DNA from: Antedon mediterranea
Taxonomy: Eukaryota; Animalia; Echinodermata
NCBI RefSeq assembly: GCF_964355755.1
Contig: NC_092674.1
Location: 24,428,001 to 24,492,000 of the forward strand
DNA length: 64,000 bases
Reading direction: 5' to 3'
Shown here: piece by piece, positions 1 through 12,900 of the stretch
How the letters are laid out: the number at the start of each line of letters is the position of its first letter
How positions within the stretch are numbered: position 1 is the stretch's first letter
Made by a program: the position numbers and the translations under genes
The notes under the pieces: generated by a model
The model's database searches: none
What the model saw: only the letters and a program-made list of their open reading frames with translations
What the model was told of the DNA's origin: nothing

Positions 1-485
1 TACTGCAACAATTATTATTATTTTTTACTTTTAAGAATTATCTTGAAACAATATGATTGATTACGTTTATTTATTGCGTACATCCTTATCACTTACTGCC
101 ATATAAGGTCATATGATAAGAAAACTGGGTAGAGCTTTTTGGGAGAGTTTATACTATTGTTGTATTGCTATCGACCTAAAGCCTCATTCACACTGGGCTG
201 CTTGTACGGAAAGGGCTTTGTTATGTAACCAACGACTAGTTTGCACCAAGAAAAGTCCTTTAAGTTACGAAACTAAAGCTATGTTCGCACTGAGCTGCTT
301 TTTAGTACAAATAAGGTCTAGTAATGAGAATAAGAAAAAAAAAATTTGCGTTGTAGGTCTGCTTGTAAATCACTGTCCAATTTGATAACATACACCTTAT
401 TTTTGCCATAACATTTAATTTGAAACAAAGAAAAATGAATTTATGTGCTTGCCATATTATACAATAATTATATTCTATTTCTAAA

Positions 486-635
486 GCTTGATTCCCACTA
501 GGACAAAATGCAAGGACGTAAATGCAAGCGTGTTGACCAATGTCAAGCAACATTTCGAATATTCATCACTTGTGATTGGTCAACTAACTTACATTGCATT
601 ACGTCCTAGTGTTGCGTCTTGATTGGGAACCAAGC
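486..635. mobile_element. Palindromic MITE family 1 (PIF/Harbinger-like), copy
   Basis: TIR GCTTGGTTCCCACTAG with internal TTGACCAAT...ATTGGTCAA. Other copies at 7334-7489, 8972-9119, 14095-14235, ~30885-30951, ~34366-34493 and ~61943-62060. Flanks are TAA/TTA-like. Confidence 0.8.
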
Positions 636-1404
636 ATTAATAAGATGGCAGGGCTTTTGATTCTGTTGTACAAACTCTGAATTATTACACTACAGTGGGT
701 GAAGAACTCAGCATCATTTGTATTTGTATTATAAACATGTATTGAAATGCACATGGATAATTTTTACAAAACAATGTGAGCATATTATGGTGTTAAAAAA
801 ATAAAAGGGTCGACATTTTTCTATATAAATTTTTACTGTATTATCCGATAATAATGCCATATGCGCATATGATCTTATCAACACCCTCTTATAGAGCCCT
901 AGTAGTCATTTATATCAACTAATTTAAAAGTGGCAAAATTTTGCCATATATATACTATACTTTACTATAGTCAAAATATTGAATGTTTAAAATATATATT
1001 GAGGTAACATTATGTGATTCTGCGCATGCCATTTTTTCAAAAAATAAAAGGATCAACATGTTTCTATTTTTCGAAGATTTTCCTGTACTATAGTACAGGT
1101 ATTATTTTGAAAAATGTGTAGGCCACATTATTATTATTATGTGATTCTGAACATGCCATTTAAAAATAAATTAAAACGATCACAATTTGGAAATTGTTCC
1201 AAAATTTCTTTTTCCCCGGTGGCTCATGACATAAAATATAAAAATGAAAAAGAGATCCTTTATATATTTAATTGGTGTACTTTTTCTTAAAGACAAGAGT
1301 TAGATTATGAACGTTTTTACATATATATATATATATATAATAATTTTAAGTTTATTGATTTGATTATTGAAGATATCAAAAACTTTTTCATGAAAAATAC
1401 TCTA

Positions 1405-1810
1405 GGGTAGAGGGCGCATGCAGTAAAATATCGACATGATGTGTGTGCATTGTTGCGTGACCATAACAACAACTTTGCAGGCCGGGCTAGGATCCTACCT
1501 AGTAGCCTTAGAGGGCCCAGAAGAAACGAAGGTAAGCCTAGGCCTAGATTTACAAATCATCGATTAAATGTTACAATAATACATCTGAGTGATAGTTACC
1601 CTAGTTTAGAGAGAGTTTTTTAGGCCTAGCCTAGCATACCTAGAATTAGGCCCTACTACACTGGAGTGGAGGCTAGCTAAAGACTAGCTCGCCTGCTGAG
1701 TGAGCCTAGGCAGGCCTAGGCTAGCTAGAGACTAGGGCGCAGGCTTCTATCTAGTCTAGCCGGTACTCTAGAGAGGTAGAGTGCTAGCTTTCTAGGTCTG
1801 GGTAGGTCTA
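1405..1810 (+). promoter_or_regulatory. Probable ANKRD39 promoter, non-coding first exon and start of intron 1
   Basis: GCGCATGC (NRF1-like) motif at ~1413, locally higher GC, and a strong donor AAG|GTAAG at 1531/1532. An acceptor lies just upstream of the ATG at ~1976. A CTAG-rich patch follows the donor. Confidence 0.45.
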
Positions 1811-1987
1811 AGCCATATGATACTATATTTGGCTTTTTTAATTAGGGTTGTGTTTGACACCTCCCTGCTATAAATGTTCCTACTTTACACTTTAAACAAT
1901 ATAAATTGATAATATTATTTTTGTTTATTTAAAAACTTATTAATTAAATTAGTGTACTTTTTAATTAGTCTTACAGTCTGGTTATCA

Positions 1988-3742
1988 ATGTCATCAACAG
2001 ATCATCCTCCTCATCATCATAGTCATAATGATGGTCTATGTACTTGCCAGGACAGTTTTGGAGTTTCGCAGTCTTTGGATGAATTGAGCTTTGAGCGTGG
2101 AATTTGGTCAGCTGCCCTAAATGGTGAATATGAGAGGGTTAAAAAGTTGCTGAAAACAACATCGGTCAATGAGCTAGATACTACAGGCTACACTGCATTG
2201 GTAAGGACAATGTATTTTGGCACCTTGCTAGGCCTACTGAGATTATTGTAGGGTTAAATTCAGGTAATGACCATGCTAATCAGTTAAATCTGAACCTAAC
2301 ATTGAAGTAAAGAAAATCTCAATGGTGCGAATTTCCTGCTTTGTATCACCATTGACAAAAATAATTTTTTCATCAGTTCATTGTACAGTAGCACCTTTTG
2401 GTAATGGGACAAATTTGGAACTCAATAAAGTGTTCCCTGTATAGGGGCGTTAACAATAGCAACTATTGCTCCTCGCTAAAGTTTAGAGTTAAAATGTCCC
2501 TTAAATAGAGGTAAATAAAAATTAATAATGTAATGCTGTATGATAATAATATAAAACGTGTGGAACACAAAATTTAAGGAAAATTAGGAAGCCCAGCTGC
2601 ATTATGTGAGCAACCCATAGCAACTATACTCAAATAAGGTTCTGCACAGTATAGGAAAATGATAATTTACATAAACTTTTATTTATTATTTTTATTTGAT
2701 AATTAGCATTATGCCAGCCGTTCTGGGTTTCTAACTGTATGCTCTCTGCTACTGGACAGTGGAGCAGATGTAAATGCCAAAACTAGAGCGGGTGGATCGA
2801 CATCACTGCATAGATCTGCATACCGTGGCCATCTAGATGTTGTTAAGGAATTATTGAAGTTTAAAGCGGATCCTTCAAACATTGATGAAGACGGAAGAAC
2901 TCCTCTTCACAAAGTAAATAGTTATACCGTATATCTTCTGGTTTAATCCCACCCTACTAGAACACAAAATTGGGCCTTTGGTGGGTGAGACTATAAGCCA
3001 AGGAAACCATGGTTCAGGAAAGCATTGTAAAAAGTCATCTGAACAACTGGCTAGTGAAGAGGCAGACATCCAGACCAAAAGTCAATACTGGGACTATACT
3101 TGAGGACTGTTTGTGGAATCAGACTTAAAGTAGGGGTGGGATTAGATCCGAAGTGGGATTATACCCGGGGATATACAGTAATTATTTTTATGGCAAACCT
3201 CTGTTGTGTCAATCAATCTATGACTGTTTAAAGCACCTTGGTTGGTCCTATTATTGGTCAAGGGCCTCTCTTATTAAATTCCCCCCTTGACCAGAGGAAT
3301 AGAGCAAAAACATGACTTCTATTCAATTAATTATTTTAACTTTAGTCAACACAAAATACTGAATTGAAAATCAAAAGCTAGGACACACAAATGAAAAACA
3401 CAGAGCAAAGAAATTGTAGACAACACACTCTATAGAGTGTTTTTTATTTACTATTGGTACACAAATATCAAACTTGTGACACTGAGCTGACCGTTGAATA
3501 GAACCATTGAATATCACTTTTCTACCAATTCCACCAATTACACAATAAAGTTAACATAAGTAATTTATCTCTGTGTCATATTTATTTTTTTTTTCTAGGC
3601 AGCAGAAGGAGGCCACAGAAATATTTGTGAAATTCTATTACAGATTAAACCATCTCTGAAGGCAGTAACAGATAAACGTGGAAAGCAAGCGTGGCACTAT
3701 GCAAGTGATCCCGTCCTTCAAGACTTTCTCCAAGAAAAGTGA
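1988..3742 (+). CDS. ANKRD39: Ankyrin repeat domain-containing protein 39 (3 coding exons, ~187 aa)
   Basis: Exons 1988-2200, 2707-2913 and 3599-3742, all with GT-AG phase-0 junctions. Translation includes QSLDELSFERGIWSAALNGE...GYTALHYASRSG...GADVNAKTRAGGSTSLHRSAYRGH...DGRTPLHKAAEGGH. This matches the ANKRD39 N-terminal signature (QTLEEMDFERGIWSAA) followed by ankyrin repeats. Confidence 0.92.
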
Positions 3743-4888
3743 AGCTGTAGGCCTAACACATCACATAAGTATGATCCTATATATTCAGCCAGAGGTTTGC
3801 CTATATGTACAGGAATATCTATTACTGTACATACATACTGTAATGTATGATACGTTATGCCGTGGTCCCAAGTTGGAAAGAGTAAATATCTGGCTCCTTA
3901 AACTTCTCTGAAAAGGTCTACTCACATTGGTTGAGTTATAAAGAAGAGTCTGAGAAGCTACATCTCCTCAAAACAGGCCAGTCATGTATGTTTTAAGCTC
4001 TGTCTACACAATCAAACTTTATGTGATAACAAAAATGTGATGCTGAGACGCTGATGTCATAACACTACCATTTGGGCACATCGCATTTTTTTTTATATAG
4101 TGTAGACAGCCTTATGCATAGAGATATTATACAGCCGAAGAGGGTGCTATAATTCGTTTCAAATAATCAAACCATAGAAGGCGCTATTTAAAGAATCGTA
4201 GAGTAGACATACTAAATTGCATAGCATTATTTTTGCTTAGTTAGCAAGCAAGCTACAGCCTGTAGTCAATAATATGTATTTAATATTGGGATGTTTTTTC
4301 CCCATCATTTTTCAAAAGAATCTAGAGAAATTGCACATTTACCAGGTGGAGCTGCTGGAAAGATGACCCAACATTTCGGGCATATAAAATGCTGATAATG
4401 ATCATTTAATGATGAGTCTCAGGATTGGCATTTATCTATTTTTGCTTAAGCAAATAACTTAAGATTATTTATCAAATCGCTAAGCAAGTTTTAAATCTGG
4501 CCCCTGATTTGACAACAAACTATACCATTTTGTAGCTACTAGATAAATGGAGGGTGGATATTGTAAAACATTAGATTACTAAAAATTAATATAGAATACA
4601 AAGTGAATTTACAAGATTTAAAATGTTACTGATGAAGTTGATAAAATTAACGAAATGTGATAATAATGAAAATAATATAATATTATGGTGATGACATGAA
4701 AGATGATATTAATGTGAATAAAAGTGGTGTTTATGCCACAAAAGAGAGAGAAAAAAATCAATCAATAAACCGGAACTATGGTAACTTTCCAGAAATTTTA
4801 TTTTATTCATAATTCATCAGTCCAAAGGTAAAAAAAATGATTGAAATTTGTCTAGCATGATTAGAAATAGTTTTGGGGAAAAAAATTA

Positions 4889-6208
4889 TTATTTCCAGGC
4901 GTTTGTGGTATGCATCACGCTCTTGTACTTTTCAGAGCAAATGTATTTTTCAAGTTCACGAGGTATTCCAATACTATGTATGAGTTTTTTGTCGTTCAAA
5001 ATGTTTACTATTCCCAGGCAACTCCTTATTTTTAGGCGACAGAAATGTTTTAAATCGGGTGGTTGATGTAGATTAAGTTTGACAAAAATCAGTTCACTCA
5101 GGTATTCATCCGAGAGAAGATTCGGTTCGTTTCCTATTCGGTCGGCATAAATTGCCCAACTCGGGTTCGCGGTGTGTTCGACCAACGCTCGAAACGAACG
5201 GGAGCTTTTCAATTTTTTACCAACTCCTACTCTGGCGACTTGGGGATTTGAAAGCATAGATAAGTTGTCGAGAAATTCGAATAGCGGTATTCTACCTCTG
5301 TTATTCTTTATATCGGGATCTGCGCCGTGTTTTATGAGTTCGATAATTAAGTGATCTAGATGGCGTCGCGCTGCAATGTGCAACGCCGTGTCACCTCTGT
5401 TATTTTTCGCGTTGATGTCAATGTCAGACAATGGAACGAGTAACTGCACAATAGACATTGACCATCCAGAATCAATCATAGCACAGTGCAAAAGTGTATG
5501 GCCATCTGGTGTTACGACACCCGCGTTAGCAAAACCGTATTTCAGCAAATGTTTCACGCACATTGCAGAAGAATTTTCAACGGCTACAACAATTGGAGTT
5601 CGTTTTCTGTAATCAAGAGCTTCAACTTTGCAACCATTCGCAATCAAAGTGGTTATTGCTTCGTAGAGTCCAGCTTTAGCCGCCAAGTGCAATGCGTTGT
5701 GCTTTGTGTACGGATGTGGCAAGTTGACGTCTGCTCCATGGCTGCATAACGTGTCAACGATCTTATATGCGTACCAGTACGCGTCTGCTACTTTTCTACT
5801 TAACTCATTGTTGATGTCAAACGCAAGAAGCCTTTGGATGGCATGATGCAATGCCGTTAGACCCTGTAAATCTTTAATATTAGGATCGTATCCAGTTTTT
5901 ACAAGTAATTTTACAAATCTCAGATGCGTTCTGTTGTATTTTCCTACAGTGAACATTGAAAAAATAGAATGCAGTGGAAGTTCCTTTGAATCCAAGCCAC
6001 GTGGTATGGGCAGACCAGCAAGAGGCCCTTCGCAATGTTCTTTAAGTCGTTTGTCAATCAACTCTGTCCAGTTTATTTCTTCTGCCTTCTTCAATTTTTT
6101 CCGTAGAGTTTTGTAGCGTCTCTGAAGTATGCAACTTGTTGTAAATTTTAATGGGTCCTCTTCGAACGATGGAAGTTGTGAACGGTGCCGTGATCCTTTG
6201 TTACCCAT
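4889..6208 (-). CDS. Intronless ankyrin repeat and SOCS-box protein (ASB-like Cullin5-ElonginBC substrate receptor), 439 aa
   Basis: Single ORF with ankyrin repeats (GLTALHHA, HNALHLAAKAG, KRTPIVVA, GHTLLHCA, GDTALHIAARR, GRIPL). The C-terminus is a SOCS box, PPDLKHFCRLKIRSCLG...IHSIGIPRELEKYI (BC box plus Cul5-box-like IP). The N-terminus MGNKGS fits the N-myristoylation consensus. Confidence 0.9.
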   Translation of the reverse strand: MGNKGSRHRSQLPSFEEDPLKFTTSCILQRRYKTLRKKLKKAEEINWTELIDKRLKEHCEGPLAGLPIPRGLDSKELPLHSIFSMFTVGKYNRTHLRFVKLLVKTGYDPNIKDLQGLTALHHAIQRLLAFDINNELSRKVADAYWYAYKIVDTLCSHGADVNLPHPYTKHNALHLAAKAGLYEAITTLIANGCKVEALDYRKRTPIVVAVENSSAMCVKHLLKYGFANAGVVTPDGHTLLHCAMIDSGWSMSIVQLLVPLSDIDINAKNNRGDTALHIAARRHLDHLIIELIKHGADPDIKNNRGRIPLFEFLDNLSMLSNPQVARVGVGKKLKSSRSFRALVEHTANPSWAIYADRIGNEPNLLSDEYLSELIFVKLNLHQPPDLKHFCRLKIRSCLGIVNILNDKKLIHSIGIPRELEKYICSEKYKSVMHTTNAWK

Positions 6209-6982
6209 TATTTAAATAATGTACATTAATTAGCAACTTTAAGATGGTTTTTAACAAACTAGGCCCTAGGCTAGGTAGAGTAGAAATGCCTATTATTTTC
6301 AGAAAGACCACCTCCGCGTAGCATTTAATTTTAAATCGTGTACTCTTTAGAATGAATAAGCCCAAACAGTACGCCCATGGCAACCGTTGCGATAGATACG
6401 ATTTTACGCGCATTTTTATGATCGCGTGAAACTAGAAATTGTTCTGAAAATAATAACTCTGTCTACACTATAATGATATGGTAGTGATATGACCAAATAC
6501 GGTAGTTATGACATCATCATGTCCATATGGGCACAACACAGACAGAGCTTAACACCACAAGGGAAATGAAAAAAGTAACCAAATACAGTAGATGGGATAC
6601 CGAGACGTCTTCTGAATATAAAGATTTCTTGGGTCTTAAAACATAATGCTTCTCGTTCGATTTATATGGGAAAGTGTCCCCAAAATAGAGGACACTTCAT
6701 ATTCAGATTCATATTAAGTTAAGAGTACTTTATCTAGATTAATATAATATTAATACTGAATCACAATTTATTGTTGAGGAAGAAGGCCAATCCGTTTTAA
6801 CAGACTCAAGAGAAGTCTTTTTCTTAGACTTTTCTTAGGACAGACCGTCCAAAGACCTAATTCAACCATCGAACTCTGCTACTGTGTACACAGCATAATT
6901 GAATACTCGGGATTATAAACTAAGTATCAAGCGCCGATGCCGCAACCCCACATGTCCACATGTACTCCTACTGACTGCTAGC

Positions 6983-9900
6983 CTAGCCGTCATCTTTCCT
7001 CACTTCTTTTAGTTTCTTCTTTGGACGGCTCTGTAAGAAGTTTGGTTTTTTCTTTACCGGAGGCTTATCGACTGATTTTTCACGTATGAGGAGAAAAAAA
7101 AAAGCAAACAAATTAACTTTAATAACTGAATCATTGAGATGACCAAGAATTCTTAGAATCTTCTTCAAGAATGTATTTTATTTGAATGGAAAATAAATTT
7201 AAGAAGTGTTGGAATAAAGTTTGATAATTGCATATCAGTATTTTCATAACAGTAAGCAACAGTAACAGTATTTTTCATTTATGACAGTCATCCTATTTGT
7301 CCAAAACTAAATGTACGTACGTACATACTTAATGCTTGGTTCCCACTAGAGACGCAACACAACGTCGTTACGCAATGTAAGGGATTTGACCAATCACAAG
7401 CAATGTATTTATTCAACTGTCGCTTGTCATTGGTCAAATCGTTTACGTTGCGTCTACGTCTTTGCATTGCGTCCTAGTGGGAACAAAGCTTAATTCTATG
7501 CACCTACCCGGATGTGTTTTACAAGTGGTGTCATGATCAATGTGACCTCCTTCATCTATTGTACAAAAGTTAATGTATTCATGTAAATCTGCTTGGCTAT
7601 TTGCGAGTTTTAGATTTCGTCGTATCGTTGGTCGCTTTATCTTAAGACTTGATATGGCCTCACTCCTGATTCTGGGTTTTGGTTCTTGGTCACTTAAGGT
7701 ACTATTATCATTGACGTGGTGGATGTGTGATAGAATAGGCTCAGAAGGCGCTCCGAATTGTCCTAAACCTTCTGGGGTGGTATGGTCGTCTCTTTGGTAA
7801 TTTCCAGAAGGTGCGGATTGACTTAATGTACTGCATTGTTCGTCACCATCCTCTGACAGACAAACCGCATACACTGAATCGAAGTCTACTAAAGGGGTCA
7901 AAACAAAATTAACGTACAGTAGAATAATTAATAATAATATATCATAATCTATTATGTTTATAGGTGCTATTGTAAAGTTAGGTTTTGGACCCACTTTTAA
8001 AACATGCACCTTTTACTGTTTTGCAGTTTCTGTCTACAATTGCCTCCAAAAGAAGCCTATTAAGGAGACCTTCTTTTGTCCGTGATTCGTACAAGGAGCA
8101 ATATTGTCCTATGTGTTAACACTATGGCAAACGTGTGTTCAGGGACTCCCTATTACGGGAACATTGGTTATGAAGCGCAACAACGTTTCAAAGAAGAACA
8201 AACTTAAGATTAAATTACCACAGTACATATTTTTACCTGTCTCTGATTCATTCATTAAAGGTATAGAATATGTATCTTCGATGACCTGGCTTGACCTATT
8301 AGACATATCTTGATAATCTGAATCGTCCGAGTTCTGACGTGGACATACTATTGGAAAAATCGATGACATGGTTTGATATCCATCGCCAGCAGTTAGGTTA
8401 CAAGTTCGGTTGACGACGCCAGGACGCAATTGTCTCAAAGGTGATGACGTCGTCGTTGGTATTTCTTGGTAGACTCTATCAACTTTTCTGCGTAGAGGAC
8501 AGACACCTAGCGGGATCTGATCATCGTCGTCTGACGGCGTAGGTGGTATATCGTGATATATGGCATCATTATCTTCTAGCTGTATGTACGCATCATCTAT
8601 TGACGAAACTGCAACTTTTATACTTTTAAGCTTCCCAAGAGATATTCTTGGTGTTTTACCCTCAATGGCTACAGTAGGAGAAAGAAAACATGATGATTAA
8701 ACAGTGTTCCCTAAACAAGAAGCGTTTCCTTTTATGCTAAAGCTCTTTTTACACTACCAAACTTTATGTAACAAAAAATGTGATGTGCCCATATTATTAT
8801 GGACATGATGATGTCGTATCACTACCATTATTTGGGCATGTCACTACCATTATTTGAACACATCACACTTTTTTTGTCAAAAGAGTCACATTAGTCAACG
8901 TGATTCAGTGTGGACTGAGTCTCTAGCAGGTTGGCTATTTACGGGAGCGAAACGTTTATTAGTAAAGTTAAGCTTGGTTCCCTCTAGGACGCAACGCAAG
9001 GACGTAAGCCGCAACCCAAGCGATTGACCAATTGCAAGCGATGGTTAAGTCCAAATGTCGCCTGTGATTAGTCAATTCGCTTGCAATGCGGCTAACGTCC
9101 TAGTGGGGACCGGCCAAGCTTTAAGCGTTCTATCACGCATGGAAATACCGGTACGATTTCTGAGTGTTCTAAAACAAGTTTCCTTTACCCTTTTCATTGT
9201 AGTAATTTGGAACAACGTAATCTTCTTCACTTCCACTCTCCATCACTACTTCTTCTTCATCAGACAATATTGTAGTGGCTTTGGTATCATATTCAAAATT
9301 ACTGATCGTTTTAGCTCTTTGAACTGGATTAGTCGATTTTTTTTCACCCTCTGAAAATACAACAAAATTACATATTACAGACAAAGTATGCAGGAAACAA
9401 AACAAAAAGAAAAATAAACGTACCGTAACACTTTTTTTTGTTCATGAGGGCGCAACAGGTATGTGGATTTACACCTGTGTATTCTAAACAAAACAATGTC
9501 AATGATGCTAAATTGTTACTACAACAAAGTAGGCCTACAATAACTGGTCTGATAATAATCACATAATAGCTCAAAAAGAAATTGCTGGGGATTTACGGAT
9601 TATATTTATAAAGAATTAATCATGAAACAAGGTACGTTACCGATCATTATAATCTTTATCTTTACCTTTGTTTTGACAAGTATTTGATTCAGTGATTTTG
9701 GAAAGATTCGTGTCTGAGTTTGATTTCCCGTACTTGGGAGTCTTCGTTCGTCTGTAGCTGCCCCAGGCCGGAGGAAGTGCTGGTAAACGCCGGAACAAAT
9801 CCGATTTCTTAGATTTTTCTGTAAAAAATGTATTATTTGTTGTTGTAACTCGAGCGAACTCGATATACACGAATGAGGTATTGATTCGGCTTTTATTCTG

Positions 9901-12900
9901 TGGGAACATGTTATGTCTGTCGAACAGATTAGTCTGTGTGCCTATGCACATAGGTTGATCAACTCATTAATTTAACAAACCTAACTGTTACATAGATAAA
10001 TCATCTTTTTTTCTCCATAGTACATTAGGTACATAGAGTAATGTGAAACGGCAAAACCCCAATCGAGAGATTTTAACTCAGAAGATAATTCTATGGCACT
10101 TTTAGCAAAGTGCCTTTACCTAAAAACAGATATTAAAAGAGCTTTTGAAGTAAAAAACAATTCAAATTCAGTCCTTTCTGGACATCATTTGAATTCTGTC
10201 AATTTGTGGTATTACAACGAGCCGTTTAATGTTTCTCTAGTTTCTTTTTTTTAATCTGGGGTTTAATTTACCATTACCGTTTCAAATAAACTTACTATAG
10301 ACGATGTCATGTAGCCTACGTTCTGACCGAAATAGTAACAAATTTATTTTGACACATAAAGCGTTTATGTGTGTGATACTTGAGCTCACAATTTCGTAGT
10401 ACTCAGACAAAAATTCGAACGTCGATCGGTGGACTTGCATAAAAAAGACAATAACTACCGACTTGGGGCAAGTCCAGATGCCAAGATTTCAGAATGGCTA
10501 CTTACCTTGTGACTTATCACCACTTAGTACTGGTGAGGAACCTGGGGAACCTTCTGAACGTACTTCTGTATTGCTTAACTTCAACTGTTCTAACACATTT
10601 CTAACAATTGTTTGATTTTCTGAGAAGAAAACATTGACATGATTTTACAGGCATATTCGATGTAAGTGGATTACTTCATATACCAGTTGGCTCCACATTC
10701 ATGAGTTTGTATATCTGTTGCCAATATGCTAAGAAGGGGCATTTTTCTTCTACGTTCTTCAATGGCGTTTTATCATAATGTTCCTGTCGCCTGACAAACG
10801 ACACAGTGCTAGTTATGTAATTGCCAGTTATCTTATTATATTATCAAGGTGTTACACTTTATTATTTTTCACTTTATGAAACTTTCACGTTTTATGAAGT
10901 TTATGTTCCTATATTGTCGTATCTTCTGCATGTTTATTTTATTAAACGGATTAGGCCTACAGATAACAAGATTCATAAATAATGTTAACAAAATAGCATA
11001 GGCCTATGTATGAAAAAATATAGAGCTATTACCGTCTGTAAAAAAAAATGGTTCAGGACTCTCTTTCATACTTGAAGCGATTTGTGATTGAGCCTTGAAA
11101 ATCAATTGGCTATCAGTCGTGCATTTTAACCAAAATTGACTGTTATCCACTAATGCTTCTTTTACCATTTTAGCCTAAGTGAAATAATTCAGACAAAGAA
11201 GTTATTGTTTGAATGTTTATGTTTGTTTGTTTGTTGTTTGAAAACATTACCAGATTTTCCAGTTATTGACAGTTCTCAAGTATATAAACCAGCTATCATT
11301 TTGTATAATTAACATAATATTCAAAATGATCTTGTTATCATAATGTGTTAGCGGTACACAAACAGTTACTCTGCTGACTGTTTGTTAGATAAGGAATGGT
11401 TACGTAATGTATAACATTATACTGTACTTGCAAGCAGATCATCATTGTTGACCTAATGTTTTTCAACTTAATTTTAATTTTCTTTCGTGAAATAATGGTT
11501 TTTTTATTGTTTCACGATGCCACATTATTCTTACATCTTTGTTGTGTTTATAGTAATAACTTACCTTTTCCTTTTCGAAATAGACTATTTCTTTTATCAG
11601 TGAATCATTGAGTTCATGAAGGTCTTCAAGTCCCTGGATATAGAAATGATAATAATCAACAATGATAATGACCAACTATAATATTAATTAGGCCTAATTG
11701 TATATCTAATCCTTTTGCACTTTCCATTTTGGTGAACCACTTGGCAGCAATTTTCAATTTTTGATTATTACTGATATATGAATGAATATCTCTGTAAAGT
11801 TCCACACTGTGTTTGTGAATCTATTTTAGTCTAGGCAAAAAATCTGGAAAAAAAAATGAGTTAGGGGGAGTGGAATGTTAGAGGCTGTCAACATAGCCAG
11901 ATATCCTAATTAATCCCTTCTGATCACTCTAAGCTCTGTTGACACTTAATTTTAACCTTGTCTTGAAATGGCGGCCATTTTTCAAAATGGCGCTAATTGT
12001 ATATAAAATGTGCATAACATAAGATCTAAATAAGATAAATACACAATATTGGTGTCTAAACACATGTAATTCAGACACGGAATCCATTAGGCCTTGTTGA
12101 CACTTCAGTTTTTACTTCGTATTGAAATGGCGGCCATTTTGTTTATAACTTTTTTTACTGGAAAAAGTAAGACATTTTTGTTTCGGCATGAAAAAATAAT
12201 GGCATATTGCAATTTGTTTTGAAAACATGCAAACCTGTTTGTGTCTTCTTAATTTAGTTAATAAAAAAATGTGAACCTTTGACCCCCATCAGCAACTGGT
12301 TAGTTAATGCATAAATTAACTCTTCATGAAGGATTGGAAATTGTGATTTAAAACAAACTTTCTCTAGAAGTATAATTCATATTTTAAAAATATAATTCTT
12401 CTTTCAAAATAAAGTTAGACGTATTTTTCAAAATCAGGAAGTAATAATCAACATAAGCATAAAACATAAAAATTACCTTATTTAAATCAACTTCCATTTT
12501 GTCTTTGAATTCCAACCGTTTGCCACCAACAACTCTTTTCAGTGTGTTAATCTGCAACATTTATGAAATTACATTACTTGAATATTTGATCGGTCATTTA
12601 TTTGTTTGAAATATTTTTGGTATCTTTTATGTAAAGAGAATGATATAAATGTCGCTGTTGCCCAAAACATGATTGAAACTTTGAAAATGGTATTTAAATC
12701 AAATAGATCAATAATTTGAAATTTAGAAAAAAATGGTGTCATATAGTCTATAGTCTATATATTATAGATAAGATAATATAATATTTATTGGTCCATCATA
12801 AAATATGTTGGAAAGTCATTTTCCAAATGGCGTACACATACAAAAATACATATAAAAATTACAAATATAAATATATAAAAAGATACCATGTACTTAAAAA

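Noticed and set aside
5172-6116. Several short + strand ORFs
   Set aside because: Antisense shadows of the ASB-like CDS.
7443-7507. C-terminal part of ORF 7443-8009 as the end of paralog A
   Set aside because: It lies past a good phase-1 donor at 7508 and runs into a MITE. The ORF's hydrophobic N-terminus (7886-8009) is intronic, so it is not evidence of a TM segment.
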